From assembly GCF_057098645.1 (NCBI RefSeq), contig NZ_CM169472.1: a stretch of 64,000 bases of DNA, one strand, 5' to 3'. A program made the position numbers and the translations under genes. Of this stretch, positions 9,084-24,101 are shown one piece after another. Position 1 is the stretch's first letter. Each line of letters begins with the position of its first letter. Below the pieces are notes generated by a model that was given only the letters and a program-made list of their open reading frames with translations, did no database searches and had not been told where the DNA came from.

Positions 9084-10442
9084 TTAGCCTCCGTTGCGTT
9101 TTTGCAGTAATTCCTGATGGCGACGTTTTTCGCCAATCATCACAACAATCAACAAGATAACCGCCAGAATGCTGCCGCCAATCATTACCATAAAGCCGCC
9201 ATCCCAGCCGAAGAAGTCCACGGTGTAGCCAACAATCGCGCTCGCCGCCACCGAACCGCCCAGGTAACCAAACAGACCGGTAAAGCCCGCTGCCGTTCCT
9301 GCCGCTTTTTTCGGTGCCAGTTCCAGCGCATGCAGACCGATCAGCATCACAGGGCCGTAGATCAGGAAGCCGATAACAATCATACAAATCATATCGACGG
9401 TTGGGTTACCTGCCGGGTTCATCCAGTAAACGATAGTCGCGATGGTCACCAGTGTCATAAAGAAAACGCCGGTTGCCCCACGGTTGCCACGGAAGACTTT
9501 ATCCGACATCCAGCCGCACAGCAGGGTGCCCGGAATACCCGCATACTCATAGAAGAAGTAGGCCCAGGAGGATTTATCCAGCGCGAAATGCTTAACCTCT
9601 TTCAGATAAGTCGGTGACCAGTCGAGGATGCCGTAACGCAGCAGATAAACGAACACGTTGGCGATGGCGATGTACCACAACAGTTTGTTCGGCAGCACGT
9701 ACTGCATGAAGATTTGCTTCGCGGTCAGCTCCTGTTCCGCTTTTTCGTTATAGTCGTCCGGATAATCATTTTTGTACTCTTCGATCGGCGGCAAGCCACA
9801 GGATTGCGGGGTATCGCGCATCATCGCAAAGGCGAATAATGCCACCAGAATGGCGCAGAAAGCGGGCATATAGAGCGCCGCGTGCCAGTCATTGAACCAG
9901 GCCATCCCCAGCAGGAACAGCAGCGGCGGAATACCACCACCGACGTTGTGCGCACAGTTCCACACTGACACAATGCCGCCACGTTCTTTCTGCGACCACC
10001 AGTGCACCATAGTACGACCGCATGGCGGCCACCCCATCCCCTGGAACCAACCGCAGAGGAACAACAGTACAAACATAACCGCAATGCTCGACGTCGCCCA
10101 TGGCACAAAGCCCATAAACAACATCACTGCCGCCGCCAGAATCAAACCTGCGGGCAGGAAAACGCGCGGATTCGAGCGATCCGATACCGAACCCATGATG
10201 AATTTCGAAAATCCATAGGCGATCGAGATCCCAGAAAGCGCAAAACCTAAATCACCGCGTGAGAATCCCTGCTCCACCAGGTAAGGCATAGCGAGCGCAA
10301 AGTTCTTACGAACCAAATAGTAAGCAGCATAGCCAAAGAATATCCCCAGGAAAATTTGCCAGCGCAATCGACGATAAGTCGGATCGATCTCCGCGGCAGG
10401 TAAGCGCGCTTTGTGTGGCGCTGGTTTAAAAATACTCAACAT
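9084..10442 (-). CDS. glpT: Glycerol-3-phosphate:phosphate antiporter
   Basis: 452-aa MFS protein [48 protein letters not shown]...; immediately upstream of glpQ in the same operon. Confidence 0.95.
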   Translation of the reverse strand: MLSIFKPAPHKARLPAAEIDPTYRRLRWQIFLGIFFGYAAYYLVRKNFALAMPYLVEQGFSRGDLGFALSGISIAYGFSKFIMGSVSDRSNPRVFLPAGLILAAAVMLFMGFVPWATSSIAVMFVLLFLCGWFQGMGWPPCGRTMVHWWSQKERGGIVSVWNCAHNVGGGIPPLLFLLGMAWFNDWHAALYMPAFCAILVALFAFAMMRDTPQSCGLPPIEEYKNDYPDDYNEKAEQELTAKQIFMQYVLPNKLLWYIAIANVFVYLLRYGILDWSPTYLKEVKHFALDKSSWAYFFYEYAGIPGTLLCGWMSDKVFRGNRGATGVFFMTLVTIATIVYWMNPAGNPTVDMICMIVIGFLIYGPVMLIGLHALELAPKKAAGTAAGFTGLFGYLGGSVAASAIVGYTVDFFGWDGGFMVMIGGSILAVILLIVVMIGEKRRHQELLQKRNGG

Positions 10443-10549
10443 TGAAAGCCTCCGTGGCCCGTGGTCTTATTTATGATTAACAGCCTGATTCAGTGAGAGA
10501 ACCTGCCGTTTCTTGAGTTGCCGCGATGTTAAGAAAACATTCATAAGTT

Positions 10550-10660
10550 AAATGTGAATTGCCGCACACATTATTAAATAAGATTTACAAAATGTTCAAA
10601 ATGACGCATGAAATCACGTTTCACTTTCGAATTATGAGCGAATATGCGCGAAATCAAATA
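10550..10660. promoter_or_regulatory. glpTQ/glpABC divergent control region: CRP-like site (aaaTGTGAattgccGCACAcatta, 10550-10571) and tandem GlpR-like half-sites (10592-10660)
   Basis: TGTGA-N6-GCACA matches CRP consensus TGTGA-N6-TCACA; repeated TTCGA/GCGAA/ATGTTC half-sites resemble GlpR operators. Confidence 0.5.
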
Positions 10661-10714
10661 ATTCATGTTTTTACTATGGCTAAATGGTAAAAAACGAACT
10701 TCAGAGGGATAACA

Positions 10715-14779
<4,065 letters not shown>

Positions 14780-14790
14780 ACTCCTTTCTG

Positions 14791-14826
14791 ATGCCCGGTA
14801 AGCATGTGGTTACCGGGCATTTTTGC
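14791..14826 (+). terminator. Intrinsic terminator after glpC
   Basis: ATGCCCGGTAAGCATGTGGTTACCGGGCAT hairpin followed by TTTTTG. Confidence 0.7.
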
Positions 14827-14971
14827 GTACACGATTCCGTGCCCAGTGTATGCGTTGCAACGCAGTGAAAATTCCTCTGAAAACGTCTCGCAAAGGCTGA
14901 AACTGGCAGATGTCAAAGGCCTGGGATAACCGTAATGTCGCGTCATCATAAATATCAGGTGACGGACAACC

Positions 14972-15943
14972 ATGACCGAATCAACAACCTCCTCCCCGCA
15001 TGATGCGGTGTTTAAAACCTTTATGTTCACACCCAAAACCGCACGGGATTTTCTCGAAATACATTTACCAGAACCACTGCGCAAGCTTTGCAACCTGCAA
15101 ACCTTACGCCTGGAACCCACTAGTTTTATTGAAAAAAGTTTACGCGCTTACTACTCGGATGTTTTGTGGTCCGTGGAAACCAGCGACGGTGACGGCTATA
15201 TCTACTGCGTGATTGAACATCAAAGCTCTGCAGAAAAGAATATGGCTTTTCGGCTAATGCGCTATGCCACTGCCGCCATGCAGCGTCACCTGGACAAAGG
15301 CTATGACAGAGTCCCGCTGGTGGTGCCGTTGCTGTTTTATCATGGCGAAACCTCGCCCTACCCGTACTCACTCAACTGGCTGGATGAGTTTGACGATCCG
15401 CAACTTGCCCGGCAGTTGTACACCGAAGCTTTTCCATTGGTGGATATTACCATCGTACCTGACGATGAGATCATGCAACATCGGCGTATAGCTCTGCTTG
15501 AACTGATTCAAAAGCATATTCGCGACCGCGATTTAATCGGTATGGTCGACAGGATCACCACGCTTTTGGTTAGAGGCTTCACTAATGACAGCCAGCTACA
15601 AACACTGTTTAATTATCTGCTGCAATGCGGCGATACCTCCCGTTTCACCCGTTTTATTCAGGAGATTGCCGAACGTTCACCACTACAAAAGGAGAGATTA
15701 ATGACTATTGCTGAACGGCTGAGGCAGGAAGGGCATCAAATTGGTTGGCAGGAAGGTAAATTAGAAGGTTTGCAGCAAGGTAAATTGGAGGGTCTGCAGA
15801 AAGGTAAATTAGAAGGTTTGCAGGAAGGCATGCATGAGCAAGCCATTAAAATTGCCTTGCGCATGCTGGAGCAGGGCTTTGAACGTGAGATTGTGCTGGC
15901 GGCAACCCAACTCACTGATGCTGATATTCCGAACTGTCATTAA
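14972..15943 (+). CDS. yfaD: Rpn-family recombination-promoting nuclease (PD-(D/E)XK / YhgA-like putative transposase family)
   Basis: 323-aa [55 protein letters not shown]...[21 protein letters not shown]...; recognised as YfaD (RpnB); C-terminal region holds three 8-aa (GKLEGLQx) repeats. Confidence 0.9.
   Translation: MTESTTSSPHDAVFKTFMFTPKTARDFLEIHLPEPLRKLCNLQTLRLEPTSFIEKSLRAYYSDVLWSVETSDGDGYIYCVIEHQSSAEKNMAFRLMRYATAAMQRHLDKGYDRVPLVVPLLFYHGETSPYPYSLNWLDEFDDPQLARQLYTEAFPLVDITIVPDDEIMQHRRIALLELIQKHIRDRDLIGMVDRITTLLVRGFTNDSQLQTLFNYLLQCGDTSRFTRFIQEIAERSPLQKERLMTIAERLRQEGHQIGWQEGKLEGLQQGKLEGLQKGKLEGLQEGMHEQAIKIALRMLEQGFEREIVLAATQLTDADIPNCH
15701..15943 (+). CDS. Putative nested in-frame small ORF inside yfaD (RpnS-like C-terminal domain, 80 aa)
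   Basis: In-frame ATG at 15701 preceded by AAAAGGAGAGATTA, nearly identical to the ypaA ribosome-binding context; would give [25 protein letters not shown]...; expression is inference. Confidence 0.4.
   Translation: MTIAERLRQEGHQIGWQEGKLEGLQQGKLEGLQKGKLEGLQEGMHEQAIKIALRMLEQGFEREIVLAATQLTDADIPNCH
15749..15820 (+). repeat. Three tandem 24-nt coding repeats (CAGNAAGGTAAATTRGARGGTYTG) inside yfaD
   Basis: Read directly: CAGGAAGGTAAATTAGAAGGTTTG / CAGCAAGGTAAATTGGAGGGTCTG / CAGAAAGGTAAATTAGAAGGTTTG. Confidence 0.85.
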
Positions 15944-15955
15944 AAGGAGAGATTG

Positions 15956-16177
15956 ATGACTATTGCTGAACGGCTACGGCAGGAAGGACATCAAATTGGC
16001 TGGCAAGAAGGTAAATTAGTAGGTTTGCAGCAAGGTAAATTAGAAGGTTTGCAGGAAGGCATGCATGAACAAGCCATTAAAATTGCTTTGCGCATGCTGG
16101 AGCAGGGCTTTGATCGTGACCTGGTGCTCGCGGCCACCCAGCTAAGCGAAGCCGATCTGGCAGCGAATAACCACTAA
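15956..16177 (+). CDS. ypaA: Small protein YpaA: free-standing duplicate of the YfaD/RpnB C-terminal domain
   Basis: 73-aa [76 protein letters not shown], about 85-90% identical to the last 80 aa of yfaD; own SD AAGGAGAG; two 24-nt repeat units. Confidence 0.85.
   Translation: MTIAERLRQEGHQIGWQEGKLVGLQQGKLEGLQEGMHEQAIKIALRMLEQGFDRDLVLAATQLSEADLAANNH
16004..16051 (+). repeat. Two tandem 24-nt coding repeats inside ypaA (same family as in yfaD)
   Basis: CAAGAAGGTAAATTAGTAGGTTTG / CAGCAAGGTAAATTAGAAGGTTTG. Confidence 0.8.
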
Positions 16178-16185
16178 TTAACACA

Positions 16186-16214
16186 GGCCCACAGCCGATC
16201 CCCATGGGCCTTTG
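16186..16214 (+). terminator. Hairpin after ypaA (GGCCCA...TGGGCC followed by TTTGAT)
   Basis: 6-bp GC-rich stem with 13-nt loop between convergent ypaA and rhmA; U-tract is weak. Confidence 0.4.
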
Positions 16215-16217
16215 ATA

Positions 16218-17021
16218 TCAATAACTACCTTTTATGCGTGGCCCATTTTTGCCTGATTTAAACATCGCCAGTCGTTGATCCAGGGCATCGCTGTAGAGCA
16301 TCGTGTCAACGCCAACAGCGACAAAGTTCGCTCCCCACGCCAGGCATTGCTGCGCCATATCAGGAGCCACAGCCAGAAAGCCAGCCGCTTTACCCGCAGC
16401 ACGGATCCGCCGAATACTGGTTTCAATAATTCGCTGCACTTCCGGGTGCCCAGCGTTATCCGGGTAGCCCAACGACGCAGAAAGATCCGCAGGTCCAATA
16501 AACACGCCATCAATCCCTTGGACGTCGAGGATTTCGTCCAGATTATCCAGTGCCGTTTTACTTTCCACCTGCACTAACAGACAAAGTGAATCGTTGACTT
16601 GCGCCATGTAATTCTCAATGCGTCCCCAGCGCGCAGCCCGTGCCACACTGGCCCCGACTCCACGCTCACCGTAGGGAGGATAGCGCGTGGCAGACACCAC
16701 CAGACGTGCCTGATCGGCAGTATCGACCATCGGGATCAGTAGAGTTTGCGCGCCAATATCCAGGACTTGTTTAATCAGCGGTTTACTGCCTTCCACCGGA
16801 CGGATCACGGGTTGGCTGGCATAGGGGGCTACCGCCTGTAGCTGGTGATAAAGATCCTGAATGGTGTTTGGCGCGTGCTCCCCATCAATCAGCAACCAGT
16901 CATAACCGGAAGTGGCGGCAATTTCTGCCATATAGGCAGTTGTTGAGCTTAACCACAGACCAATTTGCACTTCGCCCTTGCGTAAACGTTCTTTAAAGGG
17001 ATTGCTTAATAATGCGTTCAT
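16218..17021 (-). CDS. rhmA: 2-keto-3-deoxy-L-rhamnonate aldolase (HpcH/HpaI family)
   Basis: Start at [52 protein letters not shown]...; 267 aa; the ORF-track call from 17324 runs into rhmT. Confidence 0.9.
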   Translation of the reverse strand: MNALLSNPFKERLRKGEVQIGLWLSSTTAYMAEIAATSGYDWLLIDGEHAPNTIQDLYHQLQAVAPYASQPVIRPVEGSKPLIKQVLDIGAQTLLIPMVDTADQARLVVSATRYPPYGERGVGASVARAARWGRIENYMAQVNDSLCLLVQVESKTALDNLDEILDVQGIDGVFIGPADLSASLGYPDNAGHPEVQRIIETSIRRIRAAGKAAGFLAVAPDMAQQCLAWGANFVAVGVDTMLYSDALDQRLAMFKSGKNGPRIKGSY

Positions 17022-17038
17022 CGTGTTCCTTAACCTAT

Positions 17039-18328
17039 TTAATGATGTGCCACGTCGGTCTGCGCAACGGTGCGATTTACACGCAGAGTGAAAATAATCA
17101 GCGAACCGATGACCGCCACCGCTGCCAGCGTCAGTAATCCCGCCGCATCGCTGGCAAATAACGTTTCTGCTTTCACGCGCAGGATCGGGGCAATAAACCC
17201 GCCCACTGCACCAAACAGGTTTACAAAACCAATCCCCGCAGCCAGCGCCGTACCGGAAAGCAGTTGTGTCGGCATCGTCCAGAACACCGGCTGCACGGCA
17301 ATAAACCCGATGGCTGCAACACACAGCGCTACGATCGCCAGTACTGGAGAAAGCAGCCCGGACAGACCAATACCAATGCCCGCCGCCAGTAATGTCAGCG
17401 CTGCGACATTACGCCGTTCGCCGGTTTTATCGGAATAGCGCGGAATAAGCCAGGTCCCAAACAAGGCCGCAACCCACGGAATGGCGGTGACCACCGACGC
17501 TGTAAAGCCCACTTTTGTTCCCAGCAATGCCGCAACCTGGGTCGGCAGGAAGAAAATTAATCCGTAAACCGCCACCTGAATGGTCAGGTAGATAATCGCC
17601 AGTTGCCAGACTCGCCCATTACGCAGCGCATCGCTCAGCCGAGAAGTCACTTTTTGTTGTTCTTCACTTGCCAGTTGATTGATAAGCAACGTTTTTTCTT
17701 GTTTACTCAGAAAACGTGCCTGCTCCGGTGTGTCATCAAGCCAAAAGAATGTGAATACCCCAGCGCCGACTGCCAACAATCCTTCAATCACAAATATCCA
17801 GAACCAGCCGGGATGCCCCATAAATCCATGCATCTCCAGCAGCGCGCCGGAAAGCGGTGATCCCAGTGTTAACGCCAGCGGTGCGCCCATATAGAACAGC
17901 CCCATAATGCTGGCGCGATTACGCTGCGGAAACCATTGCGAGGTGAGATAAATCATACCAGGGAAAAATCCGGCCTCCGCAGCACCAAGCAGAGTGCGAA
18001 CTATCAGAAATTTCGCTTCAATATCGGCCCATGCCATGGCTGCCGAAAGAAATCCCCACAGCAGTGTTGTCGTACCAATCCAGGTTCTGGCCCCCAGTTT
18101 GCGCATCAAAAGATTCGCCGGAACACCCAGAAACGCATATACCACAAAGAAAATGCCTGCTCCCAGCGCATAAGCTTCATTACTCAACCCGGTATCAATC
18201 TGGTAGGTCTGTTTGGCAAAACCGATATTCGAACGGTCGAGAAACGCCAGCACATACAGCGCCAACATAAACGGAATTAAACGCACACGGTTTTTCTTCA
18301 CCACGGCGTCAAGCAAAGCGGTGCTCAT
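17039..18328 (-). CDS. rhmT: MFS transporter of the L-rhamnonate cluster
   Basis: Start taken at [40 protein letters not shown]... (429 aa); the ORF-track call has 13 extra N-terminal codons. Confidence 0.88.
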   Translation of the reverse strand: MSTALLDAVVKKNRVRLIPFMLALYVLAFLDRSNIGFAKQTYQIDTGLSNEAYALGAGIFFVVYAFLGVPANLLMRKLGARTWIGTTTLLWGFLSAAMAWADIEAKFLIVRTLLGAAEAGFFPGMIYLTSQWFPQRNRASIMGLFYMGAPLALTLGSPLSGALLEMHGFMGHPGWFWIFVIEGLLAVGAGVFTFFWLDDTPEQARFLSKQEKTLLINQLASEEQQKVTSRLSDALRNGRVWQLAIIYLTIQVAVYGLIFFLPTQVAALLGTKVGFTASVVTAIPWVAALFGTWLIPRYSDKTGERRNVAALTLLAAGIGIGLSGLLSPVLAIVALCVAAIGFIAVQPVFWTMPTQLLSGTALAAGIGFVNLFGAVGGFIAPILRVKAETLFASDAAGLLTLAAVAVIGSLIIFTLRVNRTVAQTDVAHH

Positions 18329-18384
18329 AAAAAGCTCCTTAGAATATGTGGGCGTTACCGTTGTCACAGCAACGCCCGGAGTGA

Positions 18385-19602
18385 TTAGTGGCTGTAGGGG
18401 CGTTTCAAATTGCAGTCACGATTGAGTTCGACGCCAAAACCGGGTTTATCAAGCACTGATTTATGAATACGACCATTCACCGGAACCGGCTCATTGAGCA
18501 GAATCGGGTCAAACTGCGGACGCATCGTTGAACAATCCGGACTGGTCATCAGGAATTCGCTGAATGGCGTATTAGTGAAGGTGATCACCGCATGGTGGGA
18601 GTAAACAGACGAACCGTGCGGCACCACCAGTTGCCCCCTGGATTTGGCGATTGCGGCAATTTCCACCAGCGTGGTTAAGCCACCGCACCAGCCAACATCC
18701 GGCTGCATAATGTCGATACCGGTTTCTGAAAGCGTACGAAAAGATTGCAGTGTGCCGTGGTGCTCACCGCTGGTGACCATCATTCCGACTGGCGCGTTGC
18801 GTTTCAGTTCGCGATAACCTTCATACTGCTGTGGCGGCAGGCACTCTTCGATCCATTTCAGGTTATAGGGCGCGCAAGCGTGGGCCAGTTTGGTCGCATA
18901 GTTCACGTCCTGACTCATCCAGCAGTCGAGCATTAACCAGAAATCCTCACCGCATTTTTCACGCATATCCGCGACCATAGCGGCATCTTTGCGGATCCCC
19001 GCATCGCCATCATGTGGCCCCCAGTGCGTCGGCATTTTGCCACCGATAAAGCCCATCTCTTTTGCCAGATCCGGACGCGCACCTGTGGCGTAGAACTGAA
19101 TCTCATCACGAACAGCGCCGCCTAAAAGTTTATAAACCGGAAGCCCGACCACTTTGCCGAACAGATCCCACAGAGCCAGATCGACACAGGAAATCGTGTT
19201 CATCACCAGGCCACCAGAGCCGGAGTAATACAGGGTGGCATTGAGCATTTGATCATGGATCAGTTTGATATCACTGACACATTTACCCTCAATGAAACGG
19301 TTAAGGTGTTTTTCGACGATAAAACAGCCCATTTCACCGGCTGTCGAAACAGCGAATCCGGTCTGGCCGTTTTCTGCTTCGACTTCAACAACCAACGTGC
19401 CAAGAACGTTAATGCCAAATGACTGGCGTGACTGCTCGTAATCGCGGTATTTACTCATCGGGGTGGCAATATGATCGTCTATCCAGTGATTCGCCCCCTG
19501 GTCGTGATAATCACCGCCGCCAGCGCCTTTTTCTGCTGTCGCACCGCCAGTAAACCAGGCGCGAACCTGTTTAATTTTTGGTAGGGTCATGATGTTCTCC
19601 AT
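18385..19602 (-). CDS. rhmD: L-rhamnonate dehydratase (enolase superfamily)
   Basis: ORF M(ENIM)[78 protein letters not shown]...; true start may be the internal Met 12 nt downstream (at 19590). Confidence 0.9.
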   Translation of the reverse strand: MENIMTLPKIKQVRAWFTGGATAEKGAGGGDYHDQGANHWIDDHIATPMSKYRDYEQSRQSFGINVLGTLVVEVEAENGQTGFAVSTAGEMGCFIVEKHLNRFIEGKCVSDIKLIHDQMLNATLYYSGSGGLVMNTISCVDLALWDLFGKVVGLPVYKLLGGAVRDEIQFYATGARPDLAKEMGFIGGKMPTHWGPHDGDAGIRKDAAMVADMREKCGEDFWLMLDCWMSQDVNYATKLAHACAPYNLKWIEECLPPQQYEGYRELKRNAPVGMMVTSGEHHGTLQSFRTLSETGIDIMQPDVGWCGGLTTLVEIAAIAKSRGQLVVPHGSSVYSHHAVITFTNTPFSEFLMTSPDCSTMRPQFDPILLNEPVPVNGRIHKSVLDKPGFGVELNRDCNLKRPYSH

Positions 19603-19604
19603 TG

Positions 19605-20387
19605 TTATGAGGCTTGTAAGTCAAAGGGACTTTTCCATCCCAACAGACGTGAAATATCCCTGGCGCAGGCAATGGCCTTGCCCGCCAGATAATCACGGTA
19701 TTCTTCATTGATTTGTAAGCGGGTACCGACCACCGAGATCGCAGCGGTAAGCTCGTTATTGGCGTTAAACACCGGCGCAGCGACACAACGGACATCGGCG
19801 TAATCTTCGCCGTTGTCATAGCTCCAGCCCTGACGGCGAATACGCGCCAGTTCTTCGTGAAGTTGCTGTGGATGAGTAATCGTTGTGGGTGTCGCCTGCT
19901 CCCAGACCAGCCCTTCGATAATACTTTGCTGTACAGTTGCAGGTTGCCAGGCAAGCAGGCATTTACCTATTCCGGAGCGATAAAGCGAAAGGCTTTTTCC
20001 TTCATGTGAACGCACGCTGATAGTGGCTGATGACTCCACTTTCAAAATGTAATAAGCGCTGCCGTTATCAATAATCCCCAGGTGACATAACAGCCCGGTG
20101 GTATCCATCAGTTGCGTCAAACGCGGTCGAGCCAGTTCCCGGAGATCCATCTTGCTTAACGCATGACCGGAAAGCTCCACCAGTTTGGTCCACAAACAAA
20201 AATTTTCCTGGTGATCAAGGCTAAGAAAACGCTGACGCCTGAGTTCATTAAGCAGCAAATAGGCCGTGCTTTTAGGGATCCCCAATGTGTCAATGATCGT
20301 CGCAGCATTACAGGGGCCAATGCGGGCAATCAAATTGAGAATATCAATAGCCCGTGTCAGGGCGGGAACTTTGCTTGATTCCAACAT
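19605..20387 (-). CDS. rhmR: IclR-family transcriptional regulator of the rhm cluster
   Basis: 260-aa [58 protein letters not shown]... with IclR HTH and effector domain. Confidence 0.9.
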   Translation of the reverse strand: MLESSKVPALTRAIDILNLIARIGPCNAATIIDTLGIPKSTAYLLLNELRRQRFLSLDHQENFCLWTKLVELSGHALSKMDLRELARPRLTQLMDTTGLLCHLGIIDNGSAYYILKVESSATISVRSHEGKSLSLYRSGIGKCLLAWQPATVQQSIIEGLVWEQATPTTITHPQQLHEELARIRRQGWSYDNGEDYADVRCVAAPVFNANNELTAAISVVGTRLQINEEYRDYLAGKAIACARDISRLLGWKSPFDLQAS

Positions 20388-20605
20388 ACTGGACTCCAGT
20401 CTTAGATACTGGAATCAGTCTCGTTGCTCAGGGGGAGTAAAATTGTGAAGCGCATCAAATCCCGCTCCTCGTCCAACGGACTGGAGAAATTACGCACAAA
20501 TTTGTGAATCAGCGCACGGATTTTTTTTATTGAGTACAACAGGTTGGACAAATTTTGCCGGAGGGGGAATGTGCCGGTGCAGTAAACCGGCACAGAGTGG
20601 CGGAA

Positions 20606-21808
20606 TCAGACGGAGAAGGTCATGGACTCAACAACCTCAATCCAGCCATGCTCACTGGCAATGTCCTGGCCGTTTAACCAACGGCGTAGCATATTCAGTG
20701 CCATCATTGCGCACACTTCCTGACGGATAGCCAGGCTGTAGCGTGTAGTACTGAAACGCACACGCAGAGCGAAAGTGCCGTCTGGCGTGGCTAGCGCAAA
20801 GTTGAGATGCTCGTTCTCGAAACCCGAAACAGCCAGTGCCAGCCCGGCAAAATGGTTGGCCCGCCGTTCTGTAATCCAGTGCGCAGTTTGCGCCAGGGTT
20901 TCTTCCTGTGAAGGAACCACTTCACACGCCAGCAGTGGAGCACCTGCGCGAGAAAGTTGCAAAGCCAATAAACCACCGGTGAATTGCTCGCTCAACGTCA
21001 GGCTGAACTGGCGGTTTTGCAATTCGCGACTGATCTGCGCGGGCAGTCCTTCGGTGCCTTCGAAAATCACGCTCTGTCCGGCAACACGTTTAACGTCCAG
21101 CCACAGTTTTTCCATCGCCTGTTGCTCGCTTGCCGGTCCGGTGAGTTTCAGTTCGATGATCGGCATTGAGGAGCGATAGCCCATTGTTACCCCCGGCGGC
21201 AGTTGTAGAGTGTCCAGGCTTTGTGCCAGATCGCTTTCCGAACGACCAAAGGTAGTTAAACGCAGACAAACCGGCGGCTGTGGTAAAGAAAAACGCTCGC
21301 GCAGACGCGGCAGGATTTCGTGCTCGACCATCACCTTAAATTCTGACGGTACGCCGGGAGTAAAGAACATCAGGCAACGATTAAGCTGCACGGCAAAACC
21401 ACAGGCGGTGCCTACCGGGTTATTGATAAATTCAGCACTGGCAGGCAGCTCCGCTTGTTTACGGTTGCTCGGTGCCATTACTCGTCCACGTTCGTGGAAA
21501 TAGCGTTCCATCTCTTTGAGCCAGGCTTCATGCAGCACCAGGCCTTCACCTTTTGCTGTCGCAGCGGCGAGTGCGCTTAAATCATCGCTGGTCGGTCCCA
21601 GCCCGCCGTTAACGATCAGCACATCGGCGTGCTGACTACGTTCGCGAAGAATGGTGACTAAGTCATCAAGGTTATCCCCCACCGTATTGCGGCGAGATAA
21701 TGGCAACCCCTGATGAAAGAAAAAATCGGCCAGCCAGGCAGCGTTAGTGTCAACGATTTGCCCGTGTAACACTTCATCCCCGGTGGATAGCATTTCCACT
21801 TTTAACAT
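20606..21808 (-). CDS. yfaY: CinA-like competence/damage-inducible protein (MoCF-binding + CinA C-terminal domains)
   Basis: 400-aa ORF MLKVEMLSTGDEVLHGQIVDTNAAWLADFFFHQGLPLSRRNTVGDNLDDLV... Confidence 0.85.
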   Translation of the reverse strand: MLKVEMLSTGDEVLHGQIVDTNAAWLADFFFHQGLPLSRRNTVGDNLDDLVTILRERSQHADVLIVNGGLGPTSDDLSALAAATAKGEGLVLHEAWLKEMERYFHERGRVMAPSNRKQAELPASAEFINNPVGTACGFAVQLNRCLMFFTPGVPSEFKVMVEHEILPRLRERFSLPQPPVCLRLTTFGRSESDLAQSLDTLQLPPGVTMGYRSSMPIIELKLTGPASEQQAMEKLWLDVKRVAGQSVIFEGTEGLPAQISRELQNRQFSLTLSEQFTGGLLALQLSRAGAPLLACEVVPSQEETLAQTAHWITERRANHFAGLALAVSGFENEHLNFALATPDGTFALRVRFSTTRYSLAIRQEVCAMMALNMLRRWLNGQDIASEHGWIEVVESMTFSV

Positions 21809-21907
21809 GGTTATCTCCTGCTTTTGTTATCGAATCACTATAACGCAAAGGGAGATAAGGCGTAGTAAGAAACTGAATGGCGCGACAGAATGCCGCGCCG
21901 GAAGGGA

Positions 21908-22450
21908 TCAGAAACTGGCGTTAACCCCAACATACGGGCCGTCAGCCACGGCGTTGTCGCGGTTACCGTCTTTACCCGACAGATTCAGGTAGCGATAACC
22001 CGCCTCAATACTGACTGGACGCATAATGGTGTAACGCGCGCCAGCATTCGCTTCCTCATAACTTTTAATACCGCTGGAGAGTGAATCCGGAGAGTAGTAA
22101 TACTCGCCAAACAAACGGAAGCTGTTGCCAATTTTCCACTGCAAACCACCTCCTACCGCTGCGGCATAACCTTCATCGCCGTAATTCGGGTTGGTGTAAA
22201 CGCCTTTTCCGCCAACGGTCGCCATTAACGGCCCGAGAGGCAGATTCAACCCCAGCCCCACGCCCGCGACGTCACCGTCGTCGTCGTTATGTGTCCAGTT
22301 ACCGCTTAACGCCAGGCCCGTCGATTCAGTCCCAAAACCGACACCAATATTGGTGTATTCTTTACCCGCCTGGCCGCTGATGCTCATTGCATTGACCGAT
22401 GCAGAAACCAACAGCATTCCGGCCAGACCTGCTAGCGCAATTTTTTTCAT
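21908..22450 (-). CDS. yfaZ: Outer-membrane beta-barrel protein YfaZ
   Basis: Start at MKKIALAGLAGMLLVSASVNA (signal peptide) ... C-terminal GVNASF typical of OM beta-barrels; the ORF-track call has 7 extra codons. Confidence 0.85.
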   Translation of the reverse strand: MKKIALAGLAGMLLVSASVNAMSISGQAGKEYTNIGVGFGTESTGLALSGNWTHNDDDGDVAGVGLGLNLPLGPLMATVGGKGVYTNPNYGDEGYAAAVGGGLQWKIGNSFRLFGEYYYSPDSLSSGIKSYEEANAGARYTIMRPVSIEAGYRYLNLSGKDGNRDNAVADGPYVGVNASF

Positions 22451-22728
22451 TATCCCCTTTCCCACAAGCAATTAATCAAAATTCCCAAAGCTGCGGGATT
22501 GTACTGCCTGGCGCAGAGGATTCAATGAGCGAAAAAAGGGATCTAGTCACTTATTGTAACTAAATACTTCTTAAATAATTAAACGCCGAAAAAATAAACA
22601 CAGCTTACCGATACACACAAAAATAATAATAAGTGCAGTTATCATCGCAAAAGAGATTACTGTCACTTTCACATATTTCTGAGTTACCGTATTCTCATGG
22701 TTTCTTTTTATTTATAAGGAATACCCCT

Positions 22729-23154
22729 GTGCGACAACGGACTATTGTATGCCCTTTGATTCAAAATGATGGTGCTTATTTGCTGTGTAAAATGGCCGAC
22801 GATCGCGGCGTTTTCCCCGGTCAATGGGCGCTTTCGGGTGGCGGCGTGGAGCCCGGCGAACGAATTGAAGAGGCACTACGCCGCGAAATTCGCGAAGAAC
22901 TGGGAGAACAGCTGCTTTTGACAGAAATCACGCCGTGGACCTTCAGCGATGATATTCGCACCAAGACGTATGCAGATGGTCGCAAGGAAGAGATTTATAT
23001 GATTTACCTGATTTTTGACTGCGTTTCTGCCAACCGAGAAGTGAAAATAAACGAAGAGTTTCAGGACTACGCGTGGGTAAAACCTGAAGATCTGGTGCAT
23101 TATGATTTGAATGTTGCCACCCGAAAAACGTTACGTTTGAAAGGTCTTCTTTAA
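22729..23154 (+). CDS. nudI: Nudix-family nucleoside triphosphatase NudI
   Basis: GTG start at 22729 gives (M)[59 protein letters not shown]... with Nudix box; 141 aa. Confidence 0.85.
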   Translation: MRQRTIVCPLIQNDGAYLLCKMADDRGVFPGQWALSGGGVEPGERIEEALRREIREELGEQLLLTEITPWTFSDDIRTKTYADGRKEEIYMIYLIFDCVSANREVKINEEFQDYAWVKPEDLVHYDLNVATRKTLRLKGLL

Positions 23155-23192
23155 CAATGATGACAGCCATCACTGGCTGTCAGATTGAAAAT

Positions 23193-23795
23193 TTAGTGGT
23201 TAACGAATTCCCCATCCAGATAAACTTTGCCTTTTTCCACATGCATGACTAAACCATCCAGATAATCAGGTTTAAATGTCGCATCACGCTTATCTTTAGC
23301 AATATATGTCAGGCAATGATTATGGGTAAAAATAACGATATTTTTATCAGGTGCTTTTCTTTGTAAGTCTTTAATTGCACTATAAATCTCATTACCGCAT
23401 TGAAGAAGTCGTTTATCTACCGTCAGCTTTTTACCCGCTGAAAACCAGGTCGCCGACTGAATGGTCCGGACGGTATTACTGGAATAAAGATCGAAATCAG
23501 GGATATCAGCGCTAAAAGCGTTGCCCAGTTCACGGGCATCCTGGGTACCTTTAACCGTAATACCTGTTTTATCTGACAAGCATTGATTGGTTGAACGATC
23601 GCAACGTTCAGCATGGCGAAACAAAACGACAACCGGGTGCTGCTGCGCCAGTCTGGCCAATGTTTTATTGTCGATACGTGGCAAACCATTGCTACTCCAG
23701 GCGGCATGAGTACCCAGTCCGGCAATTGCAGCGAGCGCCAGTAAAATGATGAAATATTTTTTTGACTTCAATGATGAGCGGCAAAAAGCTAACAC
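23193..23795 (-). CDS. ais: Aluminium-inducible LPS core heptose(II)-phosphate phosphatase (histidine phosphatase family)
   Basis: GTG start (complement of 23793-23795) gives (M)[38 protein letters not shown]...RHAER...; 200 aa. Confidence 0.85.
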   Translation of the reverse strand: MLAFCRSSLKSKKYFIILLALAAIAGLGTHAAWSSNGLPRIDNKTLARLAQQHPVVVLFRHAERCDRSTNQCLSDKTGITVKGTQDARELGNAFSADIPDFDLYSSNTVRTIQSATWFSAGKKLTVDKRLLQCGNEIYSAIKDLQRKAPDKNIVIFTHNHCLTYIAKDKRDATFKPDYLDGLVMHVEKGKVYLDGEFVNH

Positions 23796-23985
23796 GTAAA
23801 CTCCACCTATAGACAAGCGCAACCAGACAATTACCGTGAAATTGAGCGACATTTCTGGCGATAATTAGCAGTTGGTGTAATATTAAAATCCTACGATGTC
23901 GGCAAAATGCCTCAAAATTTTGCCAAATGCAAAGCCTAAATAAGAAAAAATATAAAAATTTCAATATTTACGTCTAATATTAGTT

Positions 23986-24002
23986 TCTTAAGGTTAAGTT
24001 AA
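23986..24002 (+). promoter_or_regulatory. PmrA (BasR) box CTTAAG-GTTAA-GTTAAT upstream of arnB
   Basis: Direct-repeat half-sites matching YTTAAK-N5-YTTAAK about 80-100 bp upstream of the arnB start; arn operon is a known PmrA target. Confidence 0.7.
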
Positions 24003-24101
24003 TATTCTATCCTTAAAATTTCGATCCAAATGGCAAAATATACACAACACTCTTTATAGCAAATATAAGTGGACAGGTATTCAATGGCGGAAGGAAAAGC
24101 A

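Noticed and set aside
17022-17324. Upstream extension of rhmA (368-aa ORF call)
   Set aside because: Extension overlaps the 3' end of rhmT and is Cys/Arg-rich; the recognised aldolase N-terminus ([10 protein letters not shown]) begins at 17021
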